A DNA stretch of 52,262 bases, taken from NCBI GenBank assembly GCA_036339675.1, contig JAYZAN010000059.1, forward strand, positions 1 to 52,262, written 5' to 3'. Position numbers and translations under genes: made by a program. The stretch's first letter is position 1. Every line of letters begins with the position of its first letter. Positions 1-8,156 of this stretch are shown here, piece by piece. Under the pieces are notes generated by a model. It worked only from the letters and a program-made list of their open reading frames with translations, did no database searches and was not told the DNA's origin. The stretch comes from Nitrospinota bacterium (GTDB taxonomy: Bacteria; Nitrospinota; Nitrospinia; Nitrospinales; VA-1).

Positions 1-897
1 TTCCCCGGCCACCCGTCCCGGCATCTGCCTCAGGTATTTTTCCCTGGTAGCGAAAAAACCGACATAGGGCCCGCCATAGGAAACAGGAAGCCCGAACGAC
101 TGCCCCTCGCCCACCACGATATCGGCCCCGTGCTCTCCGGGCGGTTTCAGGATTCCCAGAGACAATGCCTCTGCCACGTTGACGATCAACATCACTCCTT
201 TTTCTGCCAGTGTCCCTTTGAGCGATTCGTATTGTTCCACCACCCCGAAGAAGTTGGGGCTTTGAAGGACCACCGACGAGGTATTTTCGCACACCTTCGA
301 GAGAATAAAATCGATATCCGTTCCCCCTTCTTCTTCGAAAGGGACGTCGATCAGTTCCAGCCCGCTTCCGCCCGTGTAGGTGGCGACCACTTTACGGTAT
401 TCGGGATGGACGGCCCTGGCGATGAGAACTTCCTTCCTTCTCGTGACCCGGTGAGCCATTAAAACTGCCTCGGCAAGCGAAGAGGCGCCGTCGTAAATCG
501 AGGCATTGGCGGTTTCCATTCCCGTGAGCATGCAGATCAAGGACTGAAACTCGAATATCGCCTGCAGGGTTCCCTGGCTGACTTCAGGCTGATAGGGGGT
601 ATAGCTGGTGGCGAACTCTCCCCGCAGGATAAGGTTGCCGATCAACGCGGGGCTGAAATGTCGGTACGCTCCCGCTCCCAGAAACATCGACATTTCGTCG
701 GCTTCCGGGTTTCTTTTCTGCATCCTGCGCATCGCCGACACCAGTTCGCTTTCGGATATTCCGGCAGGAAGGTCCAATAATCTGTCTCCAAGGCGCAGGG
801 TTTCTGGAATGCCGGCAAACAGTTCATCGACGTTTTGAACGCCGATTTCTGCCAGCATCTCCCTGATATCCTGCTCCGTGTGGGGAATATATCGCAT
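1..897 (-). CDS. gcvPA: Glycine dehydrogenase (decarboxylating) subunit 1 (P-protein alpha), first 299 codons; the 3' end runs off the window
   Basis: Absent from the ORF track because it is open at the window edge. My reverse-strand translation from the ATG (complement of 895-897) reads MRYIPHTEQDIREMLAEIGV...FLGAGAYRHFSPALI...TSYTPYQPEVSQGTLQAIFEFQSLI. It lies directly downstream of gcvT-gcvH on the same strand. Confidence 0.9.
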   Translation of the reverse strand, partial: MRYIPHTEQDIREMLAEIGVQNVDELFAGIPETLRLGDRLLDLPAGISESELVSAMRRMQKRNPEADEMSMFLGAGAYRHFSPALIGNLILRGEFATSYTPYQPEVSQGTLQAIFEFQSLICMLTGMETANASIYDGASSLAEAVLMAHRVTRRKEVLIARAVHPEYRKVVATYTGGSGLELIDVPFEEEGGTDIDFILSKVCENTSSVVLQSPNFFGVVEQYESLKGTLAEKGVMLIVNVAEALSLGILKPPGEHGADIVVGEGQSFGLPVSYGGPYVGFFATREKYLRQMPGRVAGE

Positions 898-930
898 GGA
901 AAGAAATAGTCTTTATATAGGAGGAAGGAA

Positions 931-1317
931 CTATTCTTCTTTTTTGCACTGCTTGGCATAATCATCGGAGGAAAGCAGTTTTTTCTTTTCCTTAGGATCG
1001 GAAAGTTCCAACTCGATGATCCAGCCAACCCCGTAGGATTCCGCGTTAACAAGTTCCGGCTGGGATTCCAGGTCCTTATTGACTTTAGTGACCTTCCCGC
1101 TCAGCGGAGAATACATATCCGAGACCGTTTTAACCGATTCGACCACCCCAAAAGTGTCCCCCTGGTTCAGTTCCGAACCCACCTCGGGCAATTCGACGAA
1201 AACGACATCTCCAAGCTGGCTTTGGGCAAACTCGGTAATACCCACCACACCTGTTTTGCCATCGACCCGCACCCATTCATGTTCCATTGTATATAGAAGG
1301 TCTTTGGGGAAATCCAT
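931..1317 (-). CDS. gcvH: Glycine cleavage system H protein
   Basis: 128 aa with EHEWV near the N-terminus and the lipoyl-lysine motif VESVKTVSD. It sits between gcvT and gcvPA. Confidence 0.95.
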   Translation of the reverse strand: MDFPKDLLYTMEHEWVRVDGKTGVVGITEFAQSQLGDVVFVELPEVGSELNQGDTFGVVESVKTVSDMYSPLSGKVTKVNKDLESQPELVNAESYGVGWIIELELSDPKEKKKLLSSDDYAKQCKKEE

Positions 1318-1456
1318 TTTTCCTCCACTCCATTTTAAATTAATGTGGCCTTAACAGGTTCCGATCCGGCTTCTTTCCTGCCACGCCTAAAGACCAGCCG
1401 GGGCCAAGTAAGACTAAAAATATAAACCTGTTTAAGTTTTATTCTTATATATGATG

Positions 1457-2575
1457 TTATTTCTTAACCTGACTGGGTACAAAAGGCGGACGGACCACCT
1501 CGGCGGAGACTTTCTGTTTACGAATCTCAATCTCCACCCTGGTGCCCGCCTCAGAACAATCCTTGGATACATAACACAACCCTATCCCCGTATTCAAGGA
1601 CGGTGAAAAGGTGCCGCTTGTGATTTCGCCAATTTCCCGGTTATCCCTGACCACCTTAAAGTGAGATCTAGGGACCCCTCTTTCCAAGAGCCGGATCCCT
1701 ATCAGATTGCGCTCCAGACCATTTTTATTTTGTTTATCAAGGGCTTGCCGGCCAAAAAAATCTCCCTTGTCCAACTTGACCACCCAGCCCAATCCCGCTT
1801 CCAGGGGAGAGGTCTTGGCATCGATTTCGTTTCCGTAAAGAGCGTAACCCATTTCCAACCGCAACGTATCCCTGGCACCTAGACCTATCGGCTGGATTCC
1901 GAAAGACTTTCCTTCTTTAAGAATCTTGCGAAAAACCGTTTCGGCGCAATCGGAGTCTATATAAACCTCAAAACCATCTTCCCCCGTATAACCTGTCCGC
2001 GAAATTATGCCCTCATAATTGTAGATTTTTCCTTTTACGAAATGATAATATTTCAGTCTGTTCAGAGGAACATCGCAAAAGCTTTGCAGCACGGCCTCCG
2101 AATGTTTGCCCTGGACGGCCAGTTGGGCGGTTTGAGCACTTATGTTTTTCACTTCTACATTAAAAGATCTGGAGTGTTGCTGGATCCATTGGAAGTCTTT
2201 GTCCGTGTTCGATGCATTCACACAGAGAAAGTAGTGGTCCGCGGAAAATTTATAGACCAGCAAGTCATCGACGACCCCCCCATCTTCGTAACACATAAGT
2301 GAATACAGGACGGCTCCTTCGGTCATCCTTTCAATATCGTTGGTCAGAATTTTCTGAAGGAACTGTTTGGATCCGTCACCCCGGACATCTATTTCGCCCA
2401 TGTGGCTGACATCGAATATTCCGACATGTTCGCGGACGCACAGGTGCTCTTTAACCAACCCTTCATATTGAATGGGCATAAACCAACCCGCGAACGGGAC
2501 GAGCTTGCCCCCTAACTCTCTATGAATATTGAATAGAGGGGTGGTTTTAAAATTTTCGGAAGATTCTTGAGACAT
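1457..2575 (-). CDS. gcvT: Aminomethyltransferase (glycine cleavage T protein)
   Basis: 372 aa. TPLFNIHRELGGKLVPFAGWFMPIQY...GIFDVSHMGEIDVRG is typical of GcvT. Operon context with gcvH and gcvP. Confidence 0.95.
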   Translation of the reverse strand: MSQESSENFKTTPLFNIHRELGGKLVPFAGWFMPIQYEGLVKEHLCVREHVGIFDVSHMGEIDVRGDGSKQFLQKILTNDIERMTEGAVLYSLMCYEDGGVVDDLLVYKFSADHYFLCVNASNTDKDFQWIQQHSRSFNVEVKNISAQTAQLAVQGKHSEAVLQSFCDVPLNRLKYYHFVKGKIYNYEGIISRTGYTGEDGFEVYIDSDCAETVFRKILKEGKSFGIQPIGLGARDTLRLEMGYALYGNEIDAKTSPLEAGLGWVVKLDKGDFFGRQALDKQNKNGLERNLIGIRLLERGVPRSHFKVVRDNREIGEITSGTFSPSLNTGIGLCYVSKDCSEAGTRVEIEIRKQKVSAEVVRPPFVPSQVKK

Positions 2576-2758
2576 GTCCGGAGAATATTGGTATCTTAAA
2601 GAAGTGATTGCAGACTTTCTGTATAACTAATTTGAAATTCGATAGCAAGTCCGAAAACAGCTTTTTTAAATTTTAAAATCCCTTGAGCCTAATCCGAAGA
2701 CCAGTTATTGGGGGAACACACTCAGACTCAGTATATTCATATTTATATAAAGCACATA

Positions 2759-3760
2759 ATGATGGAAATGAGCTTAGTCCGGGAGCGAAAAAAATTCGAC
2801 GCCATTCTGGTGGCGGGTGAAGGAGAGTCCAGCTATAAGGTGTACCACCAGCACAAGGCCTTCCTGAAAATCAACGGCAAATGCATCATCAATTACGTGG
2901 TGGAAGCCCTCCAGCAAGTGGAGTCTATTGAGAATATCTATATTGTAGGACTTAAGGAAAAATTGCAGCAAACCATAGATGAAGGGAATATCGACCTAGA
3001 ATATCCCAAGCCGATTTACATCGTTGAGCAAAAAGCCAATTTATATGAAAATATCTGGCACACTTTTTTGAAAACAATTCCTGAGTTCCGGGAGATCTCC
3101 GATTTGGAACACTCCTCCTATCGCGACAAAGCGGTATTGATCGTTCCCTGCGATTCTCCGCTACTGACCTCGCATGAAGTCGAGCACTTCATAACCCATA
3201 GTAATTTGGATAAATGCGATCACATTTTAGGTCTGGTTTCACAAAAAAGGCTTGAATACTTTTACCCCAGGGACCGCAGGCCGGGAATCAAGATGGCTTA
3301 TCTTCATTTAAAAGAGAATTCGTATAGGATTAACAACCTTCACCTTGTAAAGCCGCTTAGAATTGGTAACCGCGAATACATCCAGAAAATGTATCAATAC
3401 AGATATCAGAGAAACTTCAAAAACTTCGTCCTTTTCGGATTATCCTTGTTGGGAAAGGATAAGATGGAGCATTATCCGTATTATATAGGGCTTCAATTGT
3501 GCCTGTTTTTTTCCGGGCTTGGATTGGACTCCTTCGTCGATATTTTTCGAAACTGGACCCCGAAACAGGATCTGGAAAGGTGCGTATCGACTATTATGAA
3601 AACAAGATTTGTAGCCCTTGAAGTGCCCTTTCCCGGCGCGGCGCTGGACATTGACAACGATAAGGACTACGAAGTCATCTGTGGAATGTTCCAGGAATGG
3701 TGGGATTATCTTCACCAAGAAGAACCTTCCCTCCCCCTCCAGAGCCAACTCAGTATGTAA
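2759..3760 (+). CDS. MobA-like NTP-transferase (GT-A fold nucleotidyltransferase) domain protein with an uncharacterised C-terminal half
   Basis: [12 protein letters not shown]...[18 protein letters not shown]...[11 protein letters not shown] resembles the NTP_transf_3 family. The ORF opens at a TTG at 2708. I prefer the in-frame ATG at 2759. Confidence 0.6.
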   Translation: MMEMSLVRERKKFDAILVAGEGESSYKVYHQHKAFLKINGKCIINYVVEALQQVESIENIYIVGLKEKLQQTIDEGNIDLEYPKPIYIVEQKANLYENIWHTFLKTIPEFREISDLEHSSYRDKAVLIVPCDSPLLTSHEVEHFITHSNLDKCDHILGLVSQKRLEYFYPRDRRPGIKMAYLHLKENSYRINNLHLVKPLRIGNREYIQKMYQYRYQRNFKNFVLFGLSLLGKDKMEHYPYYIGLQLCLFFSGLGLDSFVDIFRNWTPKQDLERCVSTIMKTRFVALEVPFPGAALDIDNDKDYEVICGMFQEWWDYLHQEEPSLPLQSQLSM

Positions 3761-3813
3761 ATGACCGATGCAATTCTCTCCCGCCAGAGCATCCCTATAA
3801 TTTGACTACTCTA

Positions 3814-5616
3814 ATGAACCAGAACAGAATCAGAAATTTTTCAATCATCGCTCATATCGACCACGGTAAATCCACCCTTGCGGACAAGCTGATCCTTGCT
3901 ACAGGAGCCCTTCAAAAAAGAGAGATGAAGGACCAGGTGCTGGACAGTATGGATTTGGAGCGGGAAAGAGGAATCACCATTAAAGCGCAAACAGTCCGGT
4001 TGAAATATAAAAATCAGGAAGGACAGGAATATATTTTCAATATGATTGATACTCCCGGCCATGTAGATTTTTCCTATGAAGTTTCACGAAGTCTCGCGGC
4101 CTGTGAGGGTGTTCTTCTGGTCGTCGATGCAACGCAGGGAATCCAGGCGCAAACTATCGCCAACCTTAACCTTGCCATACAGCACAACCTTTCCATCATT
4201 CCGGTGATCAACAAAATCGATTTGCCCAGCGCGGACCCGGATGCCATCAAAGAGCAACTGGAAGATGTTCTTCAAATAGAATCGGACAATGCGGTCCTCA
4301 CCAGCGCTAAGCAGGGGATAGGAATCGAAGAGGTGATGGCGGCGGTGGTCGATCATATACCTTGCCCGGACGGTGATGAGGCCAAACCGCTAAAATGCCT
4401 TTTATTCGATTCCTGGTACGACCCCTATCGGGGAGTCATTGTTTTAATACGGGTCAAACAGGGCACCATTCGGATAGGAACCCAGATAGTGATGATGGCC
4501 ACCGGAAAACAATTCGTGGTAGAAGAGATGGGAACGTTCAACCCGGCTCCCCAGTTAACTCCATCATTAAAAGCCGGGGAAGTAGGGTATCTGGTCGCGG
4601 GAATCAAGCAATTGGATCAAACCAAAATTGGCGATACCATCACCGATCTGAACGTACCAAGCCTTGAACCACTCCCGGGATACAAAGACGTTAAACCCAT
4701 GGTGTTCAGCGGGATTTATCCCATAACCGGCGATCAGTATGAATTGCTGAGGGATGCGATGAAAAAGCTGAAGCTCAACGACGCTTCCTTCACCTATGAA
4801 CCGGAAACCTCTACGGCATTGGGATTCGGATTTCGTTGCGGGTTTCTGGGGCTTTTACACATGGAGATCGTAAGGGAAAGGCTCGAAAGAGAACACAATG
4901 TAGAACTGCTCACAACGGCACCCACGGTTGTGTATAAAGTCATCAAAATCAATGGGGACATTGTTTGGATCGATAATCCTTCAAAAATGAAAGACCTCAA
5001 AAATATTGACCACCTGGAGGAACCCTTTGTCCAGGGAACCATTATCGTTCCCGAGGAATATATCGGTACCATCATGTCGATGACCCGCGAACGCCGATGC
5101 ATTCAGTTAAAGATGGAATACCTGAACCCAAGGACCGTAATGCTGCAATATGAACTCCCATTTAATGAGATCGTTCTCGATTTCTACGATCAATTGAAAT
5201 CTTCCACCAAGGGATTTGCCTCATTCGATTATGAATTTATAGATTTTCGAGTCTCAAATTTGGTAAAGTTGGACATTCTGCTGAACGGTGAGGTTGTAGA
5301 CGCCCTATCATTGATCGTCTATAAAGATAAAGCGTACTACCAGGGACGCGAACTGGCCAAGAAGCTCAAAGAAAAAATACCGAGGCAGATGTTCCAGATT
5401 GTCATACAAGCCGCCATAGGAAGTAAAGTGGTGGCCCGGGAATCCATTAAGGCATTAAGAAAAAATGTTCTCGCCAAATGCTATGGCGGAGACATTACCC
5501 GAAAAAGAAAACTCCTGGAAAAACAAAAATCCGGTAAAAAAAGGATGAAGCAGGTGGGGAAAGTCGAAATCCCTCAAGATGCGTTTTTGGCTGTTTTGAG
5601 GACAGATGGAAAATAA
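3814..5616 (+). CDS. lepA: Translation elongation factor 4 (LepA)
   Basis: [33 protein letters not shown] and the LepA C-terminal region. I moved the start to the ATG at 3814 (MNQNRIRNF), giving ~600 aa. The ORF-track start at 3697 overlaps the upstream gene. Confidence 0.95.
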   Translation: MNQNRIRNFSIIAHIDHGKSTLADKLILATGALQKREMKDQVLDSMDLERERGITIKAQTVRLKYKNQEGQEYIFNMIDTPGHVDFSYEVSRSLAACEGVLLVVDATQGIQAQTIANLNLAIQHNLSIIPVINKIDLPSADPDAIKEQLEDVLQIESDNAVLTSAKQGIGIEEVMAAVVDHIPCPDGDEAKPLKCLLFDSWYDPYRGVIVLIRVKQGTIRIGTQIVMMATGKQFVVEEMGTFNPAPQLTPSLKAGEVGYLVAGIKQLDQTKIGDTITDLNVPSLEPLPGYKDVKPMVFSGIYPITGDQYELLRDAMKKLKLNDASFTYEPETSTALGFGFRCGFLGLLHMEIVRERLEREHNVELLTTAPTVVYKVIKINGDIVWIDNPSKMKDLKNIDHLEEPFVQGTIIVPEEYIGTIMSMTRERRCIQLKMEYLNPRTVMLQYELPFNEIVLDFYDQLKSSTKGFASFDYEFIDFRVSNLVKLDILLNGEVVDALSLIVYKDKAYYQGRELAKKLKEKIPRQMFQIVIQAAIGSKVVARESIKALRKNVLAKCYGGDITRKRKLLEKQKSGKKRMKQVGKVEIPQDAFLAVLRTDGK

Positions 5617-6283
5617 AGGAATCAACTCTATTTCCAACGCTAAACAGCAGGTTCGCCAGAAGAGTGTCTTCAGGGAATATGCGGAAGCCATTTTCATCGC
5701 TCTGCTTCTGGCCCTGTTCATCCGGACTTTTCTTTTACAGGCCTTCAAGATTCCTTCCGGGTCCATGGAAAGGACCCTGCTGATCGGCGACCATATCCTC
5801 GTTTCCAAATTTGCGTACGGCATCCATATTCCCAATGAAATCCCGTTTATCAACGTCAAACTGTTTGACGACATCGTATTATTTCAGAAAGTGGCTGAAC
5901 GGGGCGACATCATCGTGTTCAAGTTTCCTAGGGACGAATCGAGAGATTTCATTAAGCGCGTGATCGGCCTTCCCGGGGACAAGTTGGAAATCAAGAGACA
6001 GAAAGTCTACATCAACAACAATCCTTATGAGGATCCGCATACCCTGCACAGCGATAAACCCCGGCCCGATCCCTATGTCCCTAGGGATGACTTCGGTCCC
6101 GTCCTCATTCCCGAAGGTTATTTATTCATGATGGGAGATAATAGGGAAAACAGCCAGGACAGCCGATATTGGGGATTCCTGGATATCGACAAAATCAAAG
6201 GAAAAGCCTGGATGATTTACTGGTCCTGGAACAGTGAGGATGACTGGATCCGTTTTGACCGCATCGGGAAATTTCTTCAATAA
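5606..6283 (+). CDS. lepB: Signal peptidase I
   Basis: N-terminal TM segment, catalytic [23 protein letters not shown] box. It overlaps the lepA stop by 11 nt, the classic lepA-lepB order. Confidence 0.93.
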   Translation: MENKGINSISNAKQQVRQKSVFREYAEAIFIALLLALFIRTFLLQAFKIPSGSMERTLLIGDHILVSKFAYGIHIPNEIPFINVKLFDDIVLFQKVAERGDIIVFKFPRDESRDFIKRVIGLPGDKLEIKRQKVYINNNPYEDPHTLHSDKPRPDPYVPRDDFGPVLIPEGYLFMMGDNRENSQDSRYWGFLDIDKIKGKAWMIYWSWNSEDDWIRFDRIGKFLQ

Positions 6284-6297
6284 AAATTATTTTAATT

Positions 6298-6996
6298 TTG
6301 ACCATGCCCGCCTCCCAATCCCCAGATCGGATTAAAAAGCTCCATGCCCTTAGGGGCAACTCGAAAGCAATGATTCTTGATTTCGACGGACTTCTGGCCG
6401 ATTCCGAACCCTTTCACTATAAAGCATATAATGAAGTGTTCGAAAGATATGGGCATACCTTGGATCCCGATGAATACTGGATAGAATGGACCTGCAACGG
6501 AAAAGGTATCGCTGGCGAAATCGAACGGCACCAGCTGAAACTGAATGTCGAGGTTACCGAATTGCGAAGACAGAAATTTGAGGTTTATTCCCAGTTTTGT
6601 AAAAACGGCGATATCAAATTGTTTCCGGAAACAAGAATGTTGGCCGAGCGGTTGGAACAAAGCTATAAATTTGCCATTGCGTCGGGATCATGGGCCTACG
6701 ACATTCGTGCGATTCTTGACAATGCCGGTGCACTTGAATTATTTCCCATGATCTTTGGCAAAGAATCTGCCACAAGGGAAAAACCACACCCCGATATTTT
6801 TCTCAAGGCCGCCAAAGAAATGCACTGCAAACCGGATAAATGTTTGGTGATAGAGGACGCGTGGAAAGGGTTGACCGCAGCCAAAAAAGCGGGAATGGCT
6901 TGCATTATCATTAGAAATCCTTTGAATCAAGATATCGATTTCAAGGAAGCGGACCTGGTGGTTCCCAGCCTTTCCCAACTGGTAGAAGGCCTCTAG
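6298..6996 (+). CDS. HAD-superfamily hydrolase (beta-phosphoglucomutase-like, subfamily IA)
   Basis: DxD motif ILDFDGLLADSEP, SGS motif and KPHPDIF...EDAWKG motif. TTG at 6298, alternative ATG at 6304. Ends with TAG at 6994-6996. Confidence 0.8.
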   Translation: MTMPASQSPDRIKKLHALRGNSKAMILDFDGLLADSEPFHYKAYNEVFERYGHTLDPDEYWIEWTCNGKGIAGEIERHQLKLNVEVTELRRQKFEVYSQFCKNGDIKLFPETRMLAERLEQSYKFAIASGSWAYDIRAILDNAGALELFPMIFGKESATREKPHPDIFLKAAKEMHCKPDKCLVIEDAWKGLTAAKKAGMACIIIRNPLNQDIDFKEADLVVPSLSQLVEGL

Positions 6997-7218
6997 CCCC
7001 TGCGACAAAAACCATCATAAACCATTCAATATTTGTGCCTTAAGAAAAATAGGGCTGGACATTACTCTCCATTCTTGCGCGATAAAAAAATAAATGCTAT
7101 GGTCAACTTTTGGATGTCTTTTCTCTCGCCCTTCTATCTGACTGTCAACCCGGGACATGGATATCCATTTTTAAGCTGAACGCAACCATTGGGACGGGGG
7201 GCCCTTAAAAAATAAAAC

Positions 7219-7698
7219 ATGGATGAGCATTCAAAACATAAAGAATGGATGAAAGGAAACCCTTTTTTTCAGGCCTTCTCAGACAGCGAGATAGAGGATC
7301 TTGTAAAAGAAAAAACCTGTTTTCTAAAATACTCGAAAGGAGAGGGTATCATCATGAAGGGAGACAGGGAGGACACCCTTTTCGTCCTTCTGGACGGCAC
7401 GGCAATGGTCACCAAGGGTGTGAACAAGGAATTCATCTTAACTACCCTGGAGCGCGGGTCGGTTTTCGGGGAAATGTCTCTTCTGCTGAGAAAATCTCGA
7501 ACCACAAATATTCTGGCCCAAACCAATGTGGTTGTCTGGAAAATCAATACTGAGAGTTTGAATGTCCTGAACATGGAAATCCAGAATTTAATAAAAGGAA
7601 AAATCGTGGAGTTTTTGGTCCAGCGGTTGAATGATATGAACGACAAGTTCATAAAACTGTCTAATGAAAGAAAAACGAACAAACCGGCCACCAGGTGA
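7219..7698 (+). CDS. Stand-alone cyclic-nucleotide-binding (CAP_ED) domain protein with no recognisable output domain
   Basis: 159 aa. GDREDTLFVLLDGTAMV...RGSVFGEMSLL is the cNMP-binding beta-roll and phosphate-binding-cassette pattern. Only a C-terminal helix follows. Confidence 0.75.
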   Translation: MDEHSKHKEWMKGNPFFQAFSDSEIEDLVKEKTCFLKYSKGEGIIMKGDREDTLFVLLDGTAMVTKGVNKEFILTTLERGSVFGEMSLLLRKSRTTNILAQTNVVVWKINTESLNVLNMEIQNLIKGKIVEFLVQRLNDMNDKFIKLSNERKTNKPATR

Positions 7699-7730
7699 AA
7701 ATAAATTTTTCAGATTATAAGGAATTACTT

Positions 7731-7740
7731 GAAGTTGTCA
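7731..7740. repeat. Left copy of the 10-bp direct repeat GAAGTTGTCA flanking the ferredoxin-helicase module
   Basis: The identical 10-mer recurs at 10489-10498. Weak statistical support: chance expectation is roughly 0.05-0.1 for these two intergenic regions. Confidence 0.25.
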
Positions 7741-7841
7741 TATCAAAGACTTTTATCCTAAAAATAATTCCTTGTGTTGCAAGTCAATTGATTTTCTCTC
7801 AATACCCATCTTACTAATAATACCCAGGGGATCTTGACACA

Positions 7842-8156
7842 ATGACTATTACACGTGTCTGGATTGAGGAAGGCTGCATTTCATGTGGTTTGTCAGCAGA
7901 CAACTGTCCAGAGGTTTTTAAGGTTAAGGATGAAGACTCGACAGTAAAAGAAGGGGTGAACTATTCACCATTGGAGGAAAAGATCGAGAAAGCCGCCGAG
8001 TTCTATTCCGTTGAAGTGATCAAGTATGAGGAGGCTTGGGAAAGTCTGCATAGTGAGACATCTCGCCCATTTGAGAAACCTTCTAAAGGTCGGATTGGAG
8101 TGAAGGTTATTAATCACCTCGGTGACGAAGTGATGAAAGTATTCGGGGTGAGTTGA
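7842..8156 (+). CDS. Small ferredoxin-fold protein (single-cluster Fer4-like N-terminal half, degenerate ligand set) with a ~40-aa C-terminal extension
   Basis: CISCGLSADNCPEVF matches the CxxCx5CP start of single-cluster ferredoxins. The expected distal ...SCP...I motif reads AAEFYSVEVIKYEE, with no Cys. The stop TGA (8154-8156) overlaps the next ATG (8156). Confidence 0.6.
   Translation: MTITRVWIEEGCISCGLSADNCPEVFKVKDEDSTVKEGVNYSPLEEKIEKAAEFYSVEVIKYEEAWESLHSETSRPFEKPSKGRIGVKVINHLGDEVMKVFGVS

Noticed and set aside
2576-2707. An expected glycine riboswitch upstream of gcvT.
   Set aside because: The reverse-strand leader is AT-rich and lacks the conserved GGAGAG...CACCGAAGGGGCAA-type cores in either tandem position. 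None is called.
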